Shown: positions 18,916 to 29,130, numbered from the stretch's first letter. The stretch is 61,696 nucleotides of DNA from an uncultured Mycoplasmatota bacterium (GCA_946413985.1 CAMKMS010000003.1:1-61696); one strand, 5' to 3'. Program-made: numbers and translations. Notes: generated by a model not told the origin, from the letters alone.

Positions 18916-19791
18916 ATGGACTTATTTGATAAAATGCAAAATATCAATAAATTCTATAGAATAAATAAAAAAACTCACTCTATAGATGAAAAAAAAGAGT
19001 TTTCTAAAGTTAGAAGTACTTTAGCAAAGTATAATCTCCCTACAAGATGTTTTGATGATAATTTAGTAAATCTTATTATTAATGAAGATTATGATAAATC
19101 AAGTATAAATGGATCAAATCCATATATAGCTGGTTTTTATTATTATAAGACGAATACACTTAATATGCCTTCAAATAATGATGATTTGATTCATGAGTTA
19201 TTTCATATTGCAAGTAATGATTTTGAAAAAAAAGATAATCTACTTGGATGTGAAATTAAAAGTACTCATGGTAAATTTGGAACTAGTTTAAATGAAGGAA
19301 TAGTTGATTATTTTACTTTATTAACTTCTGATAGTTATAAAAGTAAGTATGCTGTTGAATCATTTTTTGCATCATATATTTCTAAAATATATGGAATGGA
19401 TATATTTAAAGAATTCTTTAATGGAAATGCTATTGATTTTTATTCTTCTTTTAAACAAGATGAAGTATTTATTAGAAATATTGTTTCTTTATTAGATAAA
19501 TATCATAGTAAGATTCAATCGTTTTATAATAATGGTAAAATAACTATAGAGATATCTGATAGTGTGTCAGATGCTTTTATAGATTGTGTTTGTGAATTTA
19601 TTAAATTGTTAGAACTTAAGAAAGAAGATGAAAGTGAATTTTTAAATAGTCTTTCTAGTTTATTAAGTGTGGAAGATAATAACTATATTAATTTGATAAA
19701 TGGATTATTTTCATTTAGTGAATATAAAAGTAGGGAAAAGATAATATCTGTAATAAAAGAAGAAGTAGATATGGAGGGATTTAATTTATGA
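18916..19791 (+). CDS. Hypothetical protein with an HExxH motif (putative zinc metallopeptidase)
   Basis: LIHELFHIASN, with NEGIVDYF about 35 residues downstream. No signal peptide. ATG 18916 follows GGGTGA. Its stop overlaps the next start (ATGA at 19788-19791). Confidence 0.5.
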   Translation: MDLFDKMQNINKFYRINKKTHSIDEKKEFSKVRSTLAKYNLPTRCFDDNLVNLIINEDYDKSSINGSNPYIAGFYYYKTNTLNMPSNNDDLIHELFHIASNDFEKKDNLLGCEIKSTHGKFGTSLNEGIVDYFTLLTSDSYKSKYAVESFFASYISKIYGMDIFKEFFNGNAIDFYSSFKQDEVFIRNIVSLLDKYHSKIQSFYNNGKITIEISDSVSDAFIDCVCEFIKLLELKKEDESEFLNSLSSLLSVEDNNYINLINGLFSFSEYKSREKIISVIKEEVDMEGFNL

Positions 19792-21152
19792 CAAAAGTAA
19801 ATAAGGAAATATTTCGTGAATATGATATTCGTGGAGTATATGGAGTTGATTTAAGTGAAGAAGTTGCATATTTAATTGGTCGTGCTTTTGGTACTAAACT
19901 TGTAAGTTTAAATATACCATCAACTGTAGTTGCATATGATAATAGATTATCTAGTGTTACTCTTGAACGTGGTATGGTAAGAGGAATAACAGAATGTGGA
20001 ATTCATGTTAAAAGATTAATGCTTGCAACAACACCTATGTGTTATTTTGCTGCGAATTATTTAGGAGATAATTCTAGTATGATGATAACTGCTTCTCATA
20101 ATCCTAAAGAATATAATGGATTTAAGTTTTCATATAATGGAATTCATAATGCATATGGAGATAGTGTTAAAGAAATTTATAATATTATTGAAAGTGGAAA
20201 ATTTGCAGATGGACAAGGTAGTAGTGAAGTAGTAGATATTACTGATGCATACATCCATTTAATTGTTGATAAATTGAATTTTGGAAATAGAAAAATTAAA
20301 GTAGTATATGATTGTGGAAATGGTACTGCTAGTATAATTGCTGGTAAAATATTCTCTCATTTACCTAATGTTGAAAGTGTTGGTATATATGATACTTCTG
20401 ATGGTAACTTTCCATTTCATCATCCAGACCCATGTGTTGAAGAAAATTTAGATGGACTTAAAGCTAAAGTAAAAGAACTAAATGCTGATCTTGGTGTTGG
20501 ATATGATGGGGATGCTGATAGAGTAGGATTTATTGATGAAAAAGGGACATTTATTCCAATTGATAAATTTTTAATAATAATGTGGAAATATTTATACGAT
20601 AAAGTGGATAAGAAAGAATGTTTATTTGATGTTAAATGTTCTAAAGCATTAGAAGATGAATTAGTAAAACTAGGTGTTAAACCAATAGAATATAGAACAG
20701 GAAACTCTTATACTAGAGCGGCTAGTGCTAAAGGTGATTATCCTTTAAGTGGAGAATTATCAGGACATGTTTATTTTAGAGATAAATTCCCTGGTTATGA
20801 TGATGGTATTTATGTTGGAATGAGATTAATTGAAATGTTAAGTCATACTGACAAACCACTTAGTTTCTTTGTAAATAATATTGTTAAATATTATAGTACT
20901 CCAGAAATAAAATATAAGGTTACAGATGATACTAAATTTGAAATAGTTAATAAGATGAAAGAATATTGCGAAAGCAAACATTATAATTTTATTACTATTG
21001 ATGGAGTTAAAGCAAAATTTGATGATGGCTTTGCTTTAGTACGTGCTAGTAATACAGGGCCTAATATTACATCTCGTTTTGAAGCAACTACAGATAGTAG
21101 ACTTAATGAAATTAAAGAAGAATTTGAAAATGAATTAAAAAAATATATATAA
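19788..21152 (+). CDS. Phosphomannomutase/phosphoglucomutase (alpha-D-phosphohexomutase family)
   Basis: FREYDIRG N-terminus, active-site TASHNPKEYNGFK, metal loop GYDGDADR, sugar loop GELSGH. Confidence 0.9.
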   Translation: MTKVNKEIFREYDIRGVYGVDLSEEVAYLIGRAFGTKLVSLNIPSTVVAYDNRLSSVTLERGMVRGITECGIHVKRLMLATTPMCYFAANYLGDNSSMMITASHNPKEYNGFKFSYNGIHNAYGDSVKEIYNIIESGKFADGQGSSEVVDITDAYIHLIVDKLNFGNRKIKVVYDCGNGTASIIAGKIFSHLPNVESVGIYDTSDGNFPFHHPDPCVEENLDGLKAKVKELNADLGVGYDGDADRVGFIDEKGTFIPIDKFLIIMWKYLYDKVDKKECLFDVKCSKALEDELVKLGVKPIEYRTGNSYTRAASAKGDYPLSGELSGHVYFRDKFPGYDDGIYVGMRLIEMLSHTDKPLSFFVNNIVKYYSTPEIKYKVTDDTKFEIVNKMKEYCESKHYNFITIDGVKAKFDDGFALVRASNTGPNITSRFEATTDSRLNEIKEEFENELKKYI

Positions 21153-21224
21153 AATATGATTTAAAAGTGTGTTTATAATTCTAAACGCTCTTTTATTATG
21201 ATATAATTAGTTAGGTGGATATTA

Positions 21225-21968
21225 ATGAAATTTGTTTATAAAGACACAAATATTAATTACAGTTATTTTGATAACTCATCTAAAACAAGTATTATTTATT
21301 TGCATGGATGGGGTCAAAATATTGCTATGATGATGCCAATTGCTAAACCATTTATTAAAAAATATAATGTTTTGATTATAGATTTACCTGGTTTTGGTGA
21401 TAGTGAAGAACCAAGAGATGTTTGGAGTATTTATGATTATGCAGATATGGTTTATGAACTATCAAAGTCATTAAAAATGAAGAATCCAATATTAATTGGA
21501 CATTCTTTTGGTGGAAAAATATCTTTGGTATTTGCTTCAAAATATAATTGTAATAAATTAGTATTACTTGCGAGCCCATATAAAAAGAAAATAGTTAAAG
21601 ATTCACTAAAAACTAAAGTATTAAAAGGTATGAAAAAAGTACCTGGTTTAAAAGGTTTAGCTGAAAAGGCTAAAAAGTATTTTGGTTCTACTGATTATAA
21701 AAATGCATCTAGTATGATGAGAAAAGTTCTTGTAAATCATGTAAATCTTGATGTTAGTGATGATGCTAAAAAGATTAAATGTCCAACGTTATTAATATGG
21801 GGAACTAAAGATGAAGCTGTTGCTTATGAGGATGCAATTGAGCTTGAAAAGTTAATTAATAATGCTGGAATTGTTACATATGAAGGAAACACTCATTATG
21901 CATATTTAGAAAGATTAAATCAAACAATAAATGTATTAAAAAGTTTTATAGGAAGTGATGAGAAGTGA
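21225..21968 (+). CDS. Alpha/beta-fold hydrolase
   Basis: HG oxyanion motif (YLHGWG), nucleophile elbow GHSFGG and a C-terminal His. 247 aa. Confidence 0.75.
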   Translation: MKFVYKDTNINYSYFDNSSKTSIIYLHGWGQNIAMMMPIAKPFIKKYNVLIIDLPGFGDSEEPRDVWSIYDYADMVYELSKSLKMKNPILIGHSFGGKISLVFASKYNCNKLVLLASPYKKKIVKDSLKTKVLKGMKKVPGLKGLAEKAKKYFGSTDYKNASSMMRKVLVNHVNLDVSDDAKKIKCPTLLIWGTKDEAVAYEDAIELEKLINNAGIVTYEGNTHYAYLERLNQTINVLKSFIGSDEK

Positions 21969-23545
21969 AATTATATTTCATATTATCATTAATACCATGT
22001 ATATTTTACTTAATATATAAAAGTAAAAGAGCAACGCATATGTTACAACAAAATTGGTATAATGATGGAAACAGATATATTAAATGGATAATATCAAATC
22101 CACTAAAAGTATTTGTTAATGTTGATTTATTATTATTTATGTTTATATTTTTAAAAGAATATCCAGCTTTAATAATATTTGAATTATATTTTATAATATG
22201 CTATATAATTGAAAATTATAAAAGAAATAAAGAACAATCTAAAAAGCCACTAGTAATAACACCTAGAGTAAAAAGATTATATATTACTACATTAATTATT
22301 TACTTTTTATGTATATACTTTATATCAGTAGTTAATTTTAAGGAGTCATCTCTTGGTTATTATTACTTTTATATAAGTCTACTTGTATATTTAAATTGGT
22401 TTATTATCTTGATTGCTAATATCATTAATATTCCTATTGAAAAAATTGTATTTAATTATTATAAAAGAAAAGCAAGTAATAAATTAAAAACAATGAATAA
22501 TCTAAAGAAAGTAGCTATTACTGGTAGTTATGGTAAAACAAGTACTAAGAATGCACTTAATGATATTTTAAATGTAAAATATAATTCTTTTGCTACAGAA
22601 AAAAGCTTTAATACTATGAATGGTTTAATGATATCAATTAATAATAAACTTGATAAATTTACTGATGTATTTATTGCTGAAATGGGAGCTTTTAAAAGAG
22701 GAGAAATAAAACCTAAGTGTGATTTTATAAAACCACAATATGGAATTATTACAACAATTGGAACAGCACATTTAGAAAGTTTTGGAAGTCGTGAGAATAT
22801 TCAAAAAGGTAAATTTGAACTTGTTGATAGTTTACCAGAAGATGGTATAGCTGTTTTAAATATGGATGATGAATATCAAACAAATTATGATATTAAAAGT
22901 AAATGCAAAGTGGTTTGGGTTTCTTTAAAAAATAAAAAAGCAGATGTTTATGCTGATAACATTAAACTATCAAATAAAGGAACAAGATTTGATTGTCATT
23001 TTAAAGATAATAAAAGTGTTGTTCTTGAAACAAAATTATTAGGTGATAAGAATGTTTATAATATTTTACAGGCAGTTGCTCTTGCATATAATATGGGTTT
23101 GACTCTTGAAGAAATTAAAATTGGTGTTAAGAGAATTAAAACTGTTGAGCATAGACTTGAACTTAAAAAATATGGAGATATAAATATTATTGATGATGCT
23201 TATAATTCAAATGTTGATGGATCATCTATGGCTCTTGATGTACTTGGATTAATGGATGGTAAAAAAATAGTATGTACTCCAGGTATGATTGAACTTGGAC
23301 AAAAGCAATATGAATATAATATGGAATTCGGACGCCATATGGCACATGTTTGTGATGAGGTAATACTAATTGGAGAAGAGCAAACTAAACCTATATTAGA
23401 TGGACTTAAGAAAGAAAAATATGATGAAAAGAAGATACATATTCTAAATGATGTTAAAGAAGCTTTTCCATTAATGAGAAAATTAGCAAATGGAAATACT
23501 TATGTTCTTTTAGAAAATGATTTACCTGATATATTTAATGAATAG
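21965..23545 (+). CDS. murF: MurF-like UDP-MurNAc-tripeptide--D-Ala-D-Ala ligase with an N-terminal multi-TM extension
   Basis: Mur ligase P-loop ITGSYGKTSTK, then EMGA...GEI, TTIGTAHLESFGS, NMDD and DDAYNSN motifs. The first ~165 aa form about five hydrophobic helices. The GTG start overlaps the upstream stop (GTGA). ddl lies immediately downstream. Confidence 0.75.
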   Translation: MKLYFILSLIPCIFYLIYKSKRATHMLQQNWYNDGNRYIKWIISNPLKVFVNVDLLLFMFIFLKEYPALIIFELYFIICYIIENYKRNKEQSKKPLVITPRVKRLYITTLIIYFLCIYFISVVNFKESSLGYYYFYISLLVYLNWFIILIANIINIPIEKIVFNYYKRKASNKLKTMNNLKKVAITGSYGKTSTKNALNDILNVKYNSFATEKSFNTMNGLMISINNKLDKFTDVFIAEMGAFKRGEIKPKCDFIKPQYGIITTIGTAHLESFGSRENIQKGKFELVDSLPEDGIAVLNMDDEYQTNYDIKSKCKVVWVSLKNKKADVYADNIKLSNKGTRFDCHFKDNKSVVLETKLLGDKNVYNILQAVALAYNMGLTLEEIKIGVKRIKTVEHRLELKKYGDINIIDDAYNSNVDGSSMALDVLGLMDGKKIVCTPGMIELGQKQYEYNMEFGRHMAHVCDEVILIGEEQTKPILDGLKKEKYDEKKIHILNDVKEAFPLMRKLANGNTYVLLENDLPDIFNE

Positions 23546-23555
23546 GAGGATTATT

Positions 23556-24743
23556 ATGAAAATTAAATTGGGTGTTATATTTGGAGGAGAAAGTGTTGAG
23601 CATGAAGTAAGTATTATTTCTGCTTTGCAAGCAATAAAAAATTTAGATGAAGAAAAGTATGAAGTTATACCTATTTATATGTCTAAAGAAAAAACATGGT
23701 ATACTGGGAATGCCTTAACTGATATTGATACATTTAGGGATTTTGAAAGTTTGAAAAGATATACTAAAAAAGTAACATTAATTAATAGAAATGATCACTT
23801 TTATTTAGTAAATACTACTGGTATTTTTAGAAGAGATATATGTGAACTTGATATGATTTTACCAGTTGTTCATGGTAGTGGAGTAGAAGATGGATCTTTA
23901 GCTGGTTTCTTTGAAACAGTAGGTATTCCTTATGTAGGAAGTCATGTACTTGCTTCTTCAATTGGACAAGATAAAGTTGTTATGAAACAAGTACTTAGAG
24001 ATAATGGTATTAATATAGTTGATTATACATGGTTTTTTGATAATGAATATCTTGAAGATAAAGAAAGAATTTTAAAGAACATCGAAAAGTTAGGATATCC
24101 AGTAGTAGTAAAGCCTGCTAATCTTGGTAGTAGTGTAGGTATTAGTTTTGTTAAAAATAAAGATGAAATAGAAGAAGCACTTGAAGATGCTATAAACTAT
24201 GATAATAAAATTGTGGTTGAAAAAGCAGTAGAAAATTTAATAGAAGTAAATTCTAGTGTAATTGGTAATTATGAACATCAAAAAGTTAGTCCACTTGAAG
24301 AAGTAATGGGTGAAGATGAAATATTAAGTTTTACTGATAAATATTTATCAAATGGTAAAACTAAAGGTTCTTCAAGTAAAGGAATGGCTTCAACTAGTAG
24401 AATAGTACCAGCTAGAATTAGTGATGAATTAACAAAAAGTATTCAAGAAACTTCTAAAGATGTATTTAGATTATTTAATTTTAGTGGAGTAGTAAGAATA
24501 GATTATTTAATTGATTCTAAAACAAATAAATATTATGTTAATGAACCAAATACTATTCCTGGAAGTCTTGCTTTCTACTTATGGAAAGAAGAAGGCATAT
24601 CTTATAAAGAAGAATTAAATGAAATAATTAGTATAGCTATTAAAGAATTTAAAAACAAAGAAAAGAAAACCACTTCATTTGAATCTAATATTTTAGAAGG
24701 ATTTAGTGGTTCTAAGGGAGTTAAAGGTGGAATAAAAAAATAG
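23556..24743 (+). CDS. ddl: D-alanine--D-alanine ligase
   Basis: ATG 23556 follows an AGGAGG RBS. MKIKLGVIFGGESVEHEVSIISA is the canonical Ddl N-terminus. ATP-grasp motifs GYPVVVKPANLGSSVGI and NEPNTIPG are present. Confidence 0.9.
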   Translation: MKIKLGVIFGGESVEHEVSIISALQAIKNLDEEKYEVIPIYMSKEKTWYTGNALTDIDTFRDFESLKRYTKKVTLINRNDHFYLVNTTGIFRRDICELDMILPVVHGSGVEDGSLAGFFETVGIPYVGSHVLASSIGQDKVVMKQVLRDNGINIVDYTWFFDNEYLEDKERILKNIEKLGYPVVVKPANLGSSVGISFVKNKDEIEEALEDAINYDNKIVVEKAVENLIEVNSSVIGNYEHQKVSPLEEVMGEDEILSFTDKYLSNGKTKGSSSKGMASTSRIVPARISDELTKSIQETSKDVFRLFNFSGVVRIDYLIDSKTNKYYVNEPNTIPGSLAFYLWKEEGISYKEELNEIISIAIKEFKNKEKKTTSFESNILEGFSGSKGVKGGIKK

Positions 24744-24768
24744 ATGTGCTCTTAACACATCTATTTTT
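24741..24768. terminator. Bidirectional terminator
   Basis: TAGATGTG-ctcttaa-CACATCTA stem flanked by an A-run and a T-run, between convergent genes. Confidence 0.7.
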
Positions 24769-25255
24769 ATTTAGATAGTTTTTTTGTTTTTTCTTCTATC
24801 CTTCCAAACTTATTAAAAACAACAGAACCAACTTTTGAATCATAATATCCACTAATACGTACTTGCTCAGTATTGATAAAAGTAACAGTATATAGATATT
24901 TTACTATATTTTTATTTTCTACTTTTTGAATATCATATGATTGAATTTCATATCCATCAGGAATATCTATATCAGCTAAATTATTTTCACTAGAAAACAT
25001 ATATGTATTAACTACAACATGTGAATATGGTTCTTGAGTAAAGTAAAGTGAATCATATACATTAAATACATTTGTGCTACTTTTACTTGTTGTTTGTTTT
25101 TCTTCTTTGTGAATAAGATGAGTTGATACGAAATAAGGCACCATTGAATGTAACCAAGCTGATAATACTAATGCACTAGTAAATGCAAATTTTTTACTTT
25201 CAAAGAAATCTTCATCAGAAGTAAAAGTAAGCTTATCTAATATTTTATCTATCAT
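24767..25255 (-). CDS. Hypothetical membrane-anchored protein (162 aa)
   Basis: One TM helix (FAFTSALVLSAWLHSMVPYFV). GGGGGAAT-type RBS upstream. No family recognised. Confidence 0.5.
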   Translation of the reverse strand: MIDKILDKLTFTSDEDFFESKKFAFTSALVLSAWLHSMVPYFVSTHLIHKEEKQTTSKSSTNVFNVYDSLYFTQEPYSHVVVNTYMFSSENNLADIDIPDGYEIQSYDIQKVENKNIVKYLYTVTFINTEQVRISGYYDSKVGSVVFNKFGRIEEKTKKLSK

Positions 25256-25438
25256 TTTTATTCCCCCTTTGTCTTCTTTTTAAGGCGGGTATATTATACC
25301 ACAAAAACGCCAAAAAGTTAAGGAACTATGGGCTTTAAAGAGCTTTGACTATAATAAAAAAGTGTTTATTTCAATAGTTGTTGGCATATTAATTATTTAG
25401 TGATAAAATATAAATAGATGATAGAAAGGAAGAAGTAT

Positions 25439-26335
25439 ATGAAAAAGTTATCTAAAATAGTTTTATTATTATTTGTTGTTTTATTTATGAGTGGTTGTGT
25501 AAAATACAATGTTGATATAAAGATTTCAAATAATAAAAAGATGGATATGTCATTTATTAGTGCTGTTTCTAGTAGTTTAAAAGGACAAGGAACTGAAACT
25601 ACTGAAGAGAATGATGATGCCATTGAAAAATTAAAAAGCGAGGGTTGGAAGGTTGAAGAATACAAAGATGATACGTATGAAGGATATAAATTAACAAAAT
25701 CTTTTGCTAATATTGATGATTTAAGTTCATCAAATGAAACAGTTGTTAATTTAAATGAGTTTGGTCAAGAAGGAAAACTAGCAAACGTTTTATTTCAAAA
25801 GAAAGAAGAAGGTGGAAAAACAGTTTATTATGCTAACTTTAAGTTTAGTATAAGTGATTCAGATGCTTCTACAGAGGATGCTGAAGGTGAACAAGATAAT
25901 CAAATGCAAGAGATGGTTAAACAAATGATGAAAACAATGGATCTTAAATTTACAGTTGAAGTTCCAAAAGTTCTTTCAAGTAATGCAACTACTACAGATG
26001 GAAATAAATTAACTTGGGATTTAACAAAAATGGAAGAAGGAAAGAATATTGAATTCTCTTTTACAGTTAATAATAGTTCATTCCCAGTTATACCTGTAGC
26101 AATTGGAGTAGGAGTTCTTGTTATAATAGTATTAGTAGTTGTTCTTTCTAAAAAAGGAAAGAAAGAGGAAACTCCTATATATACTGAAGAATCTATAACA
26201 CCAGAAGTATCAAGTACCCCTGCAACAGCTGAAGAAGTACAATCTGTAGCTCCAGCAATGCCTGAAGCCCCAGTTGAACCTATTCAAAATATAGAAGAAG
26301 AAAATTCTAATAATCAAGTTGATAATAATTTATAA
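25439..26335 (+). CDS. Putative lipoprotein with a C-terminal TM helix and a Pro/Glu-rich tail
   Basis: MKKLSKIVLLLFVVLFMSGC has a lipobox-like cleavage site. A second TM helix is PVIPVAIGVGVLVIIVLVVVL, followed by a PEAPVEP-rich tail. ATG 25439 follows GAAAGGAAG. Confidence 0.6.
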   Translation: MKKLSKIVLLLFVVLFMSGCVKYNVDIKISNNKKMDMSFISAVSSSLKGQGTETTEENDDAIEKLKSEGWKVEEYKDDTYEGYKLTKSFANIDDLSSSNETVVNLNEFGQEGKLANVLFQKKEEGGKTVYYANFKFSISDSDASTEDAEGEQDNQMQEMVKQMMKTMDLKFTVEVPKVLSSNATTTDGNKLTWDLTKMEEGKNIEFSFTVNNSSFPVIPVAIGVGVLVIIVLVVVLSKKGKKEETPIYTEESITPEVSSTPATAEEVQSVAPAMPEAPVEPIQNIEEENSNNQVDNNL

Positions 26336-26400
26336 GATTAGAATATAGTAAAAACGATTGAATATATTTAAATAAATGATAAAATATATTAGAGGTTTTT

Positions 26401-26919
26401 ATGGAAGGAATTATTAATTATATTATAAATTTATTTAGTGGAATTACTGGAAGTACATTTGGACGTGAAATAGTTGTATTTATTATTTCTATGATGCCAA
26501 TACTTGAACTTCGTGGTGGCTTAATAGCAGCAGCACTTTTAAAAGTAAATCCAATAGTTGGATATGTTGTTTCTATTATAGGTAATGTAATTCCTGTACC
26601 ATTTATATTATTATTCATTACTAAAATACTTGATTGGATGGAAAAAAGTAATATTAAGTTTTTCTATAAATTAGCTTCTTGGATAAGAAAAAAAGCCGAT
26701 AATCATAAAGGCCAAATAGAAAAGTATGGTTATATTGGACTTATATTATTTGTAGGTATTCCACTTCCTGGTACTGGTGCTTGGACTGGATGTTTAATTG
26801 CATCTTTACTAGGATTAGATAGAAAAAAGTCATTTATGTGTACAATGGTTGGAATATTAATTGCAAGTATAATTATGATGATATTATCATATGGTGTACT
26901 AAGTAATTTAATTGATTAA
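26401..26919 (+). CDS. Small multidrug-export-like membrane protein (COG2426 family)
   Basis: PILELRGGL and GIPLPGTGAWTG motifs. Four TM helices. 172 aa. Confidence 0.65.
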   Translation: MEGIINYIINLFSGITGSTFGREIVVFIISMMPILELRGGLIAAALLKVNPIVGYVVSIIGNVIPVPFILLFITKILDWMEKSNIKFFYKLASWIRKKADNHKGQIEKYGYIGLILFVGIPLPGTGAWTGCLIASLLGLDRKKSFMCTMVGILIASIIMMILSYGVLSNLID

Positions 26920-26946
26920 AAAAGCTGTAATTTTTACAGCTTTTAA
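26918..26946. terminator. Bidirectional terminator
   Basis: AAAAGCTGTAA-ttt-TTACAGCTTTT perfect inverted repeat between convergent genes. Confidence 0.75.
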
Positions 26947-27662
26947 ATTGTCAAACTATTAAATATTTCTTTCATATCTTCTTTTATTATTAAGGATGCT
27001 TTATTATCATATTGCGTTGGTTGTTTATTAATCATTACTAAATTTTTTCCTTTAAAGTATTTTATAAATCCTGTAGCTGGATATACATTTAGACTTGTTC
27101 CAGCAATAATAAGTGTATCACAATTTTTTATTGCATCTATTGAATTAGCAACATCACTATCATTTAAACTTTCTCCATATAATACAACATCAGGTTTTAT
27201 AATGCCACCACATTCACAAGTAGGAATACCTTTTGAATTAAATACATATTTAGCATCATATTCTTTTTTACACTTTAAGCAATGATTTTTATAAATTGTG
27301 CCATGAATTTCATATACATTTTTATTTCCAGCTTTAGTATGAAGACCATCAACATTTTGAGTGATTATTGCTTTTAATTTACCACATTTTTCAAGTTTAG
27401 CTAAATATTTGTGAACAACATTTGGTCTTGCTTTTAACAAATTAAATTTTGCTTTATAAAAATCATAAAAATCATCTGTTTTAGTAAAGAAAAAACTATT
27501 ACTTAATACTATTTCAGGAGGATATTTACATTTTTGATTATAAAGACCATCTTCACTTCTAAAATCTGGTATACCACTTGCAGTACTAACTCCAGCCCCT
27601 CCAAAGAATACTATGGATTTTGATTCATTAATAATTTTTTGTAATTCTTCTATATTATTCAT
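26943..27662 (-). CDS. cobB: NAD-dependent protein deacylase (Sir2 family)
   Basis: FFGGAGVSTASGIPDFRS, TQNVDGLH, catalytic His in EIHG, and a zinc ribbon CLKC...CECGG. Confidence 0.9.
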   Translation of the reverse strand: MNNIEELQKIINESKSIVFFGGAGVSTASGIPDFRSEDGLYNQKCKYPPEIVLSNSFFFTKTDDFYDFYKAKFNLLKARPNVVHKYLAKLEKCGKLKAIITQNVDGLHTKAGNKNVYEIHGTIYKNHCLKCKKEYDAKYVFNSKGIPTCECGGIIKPDVVLYGESLNDSDVANSIDAIKNCDTLIIAGTSLNVYPATGFIKYFKGKNLVMINKQPTQYDNKASLIIKEDMKEIFNSLTI

Positions 27663-27680
27663 ATTAATATTATATCACGA

Positions 27681-27709
27681 TTGAAAAATAATGAAATAGA
27701 TGTTATAAT
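27681..27709 (+). promoter_or_regulatory. SigA-type promoter for the ZIP transporter gene
   Basis: TTGAAA (27681-27686), a 17-nt spacer, then an extended -10 TGtTATAAT (27701-27709). Confidence 0.55.
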
Positions 27710-27734
27710 CTTTATTGCTTTTTGAGGTGATATT

Positions 27735-28463
27735 ATGAATATAAGTGCCATATTAATTACTTTGGTATCTGGTATTGCATTTTTTATTGGATATTTAATT
27801 ACATTATTTGTTAAAGATGAAAAAAAATTAGTTACTTTTGCAGTAGGTTTTTCTTTTTCAATAATAATTGGATTATCTTTCTTTGATTTATTGCCCGAAT
27901 GTATTGAATCTTTAGATAATAAATTAATTATGATACTATGTATGATTGGTGGAGTAGGACTATTAAAAATATTAGATTTATTTGTACCAGAACATAATCA
28001 TGAAGGACATGGTAAACATCATTTAGAAAGTCATATGGAGCATATTGGTCTTGTATCAGCTATTGCATTATTCTTACATAATATAATAGAAGGAACTGCT
28101 GTTTATACAACTGCTTTAAGTGATTTAAAACTAGGAACTCTAATGGTACTTGGTGTTTCATTTCATAATATTCCACTTGGAATACAAGTGTCTTCTTTAA
28201 TACATAATAAAAAAGAAAAAGTATTAATGATTTCATTTTTAGCATTATCTAGTGTAGTTGGTATTTTATTATTAAATGTATTTAATATTCATATAAATGA
28301 AATGATTAGTGGAATACTTATTTCTATTACATTTGGTATGTTAATATATATTTCTTTATTTGAATTATTATGTGAAGTTAAAGAGCACTTTAAAGAAAAA
28401 GAACTAAAATTGGGACTTTTAGTTGGTGTTATCTTTATATTGATAGGACACTTTATACATTAA
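27735..28463 (+). CDS. ZIP-family divalent metal (zinc) transporter
   Basis: About eight TM helices, a His-rich loop HNHEGHGKHHLESHMEH, and HNIIEG / HNIPLG motifs. Confidence 0.8.
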   Translation: MNISAILITLVSGIAFFIGYLITLFVKDEKKLVTFAVGFSFSIIIGLSFFDLLPECIESLDNKLIMILCMIGGVGLLKILDLFVPEHNHEGHGKHHLESHMEHIGLVSAIALFLHNIIEGTAVYTTALSDLKLGTLMVLGVSFHNIPLGIQVSSLIHNKKEKVLMISFLALSSVVGILLLNVFNIHINEMISGILISITFGMLIYISLFELLCEVKEHFKEKELKLGLLVGVIFILIGHFIH

Positions 28464-28464
28464 T

Positions 28465-29106
28465 ATGAAAAAGAATGAAAAATTAAAAATTTTATTTGAA
28501 GATAAATATTTAATAATTGTTTATAAAAAATGTGGTATTCCAACAATTAAAAGTGATAATTACAAGGATAATTTATATAGTCAAGTATATAATTATTTAC
28601 ATAAAAAGAATCAAAGAGTATTTGTTGTTCATAGATTAGATGCTCAAACAAGTGGGCTTGTAGTATTTGCTAAGAATGAAAAAGTAAAAGAGAATTTGCA
28701 AATGAATTGGGATAATGTTTTAAGAGAATATTATGCTGTTGTACATGGACATACTAATAATGAGGATACTATTGAATCTTATCTTAAAGAAACTAAAACA
28801 TTATATACATATAGTAGTAATGATAAAAACGGTAAATATGCTAAGACTCATTATTTAAAAATAAAAGAGAATAAACAGTATACACTTCTTAAAATTGATA
28901 TTGAAACAGGACGTAAAAATCAAATAAGAGTGCATATGAAAGATAATAATACTCCAATACTTGGAGATAAAAAATATGGTATTAAAGATGGATTTAGAAA
29001 TATGCTACTTGAAGCAAGCAGAATAATGTTTGTTCATCCAATAACTACTCAAAGAATAGATATTAGTTTAGAAATACCCGATTTATTTCTAAAATTATTT
29101 GAATAG
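28465..29106 (+). CDS. RluA-family pseudouridine synthase
   Basis: Catalytic motif HRLDAQTSGLVVFAK and GRKNQIRVH. 213 aa, with no S4 domain. Confidence 0.85.
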   Translation: MKKNEKLKILFEDKYLIIVYKKCGIPTIKSDNYKDNLYSQVYNYLHKKNQRVFVVHRLDAQTSGLVVFAKNEKVKENLQMNWDNVLREYYAVVHGHTNNEDTIESYLKETKTLYTYSSNDKNGKYAKTHYLKIKENKQYTLLKIDIETGRKNQIRVHMKDNNTPILGDKKYGIKDGFRNMLLEASRIMFVHPITTQRIDISLEIPDLFLKLFE

Positions 29107-29130
29107 GCTATTAATAAATAGCCTTTTTTT
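29105..29130 (+). terminator. Rho-independent terminator
   Basis: AGGCTATT-aata-AATAGCCT stem followed by TTTTTT. Confidence 0.75.

Noticed and set aside
25256-25438. A 180-bp divergent intergenic region, checked for a riboswitch or small RNA
   Set aside because: I found no convincing extended stem-loops, conserved riboswitch cores or terminator-antiterminator pairs. It is most simply a divergent promoter region.
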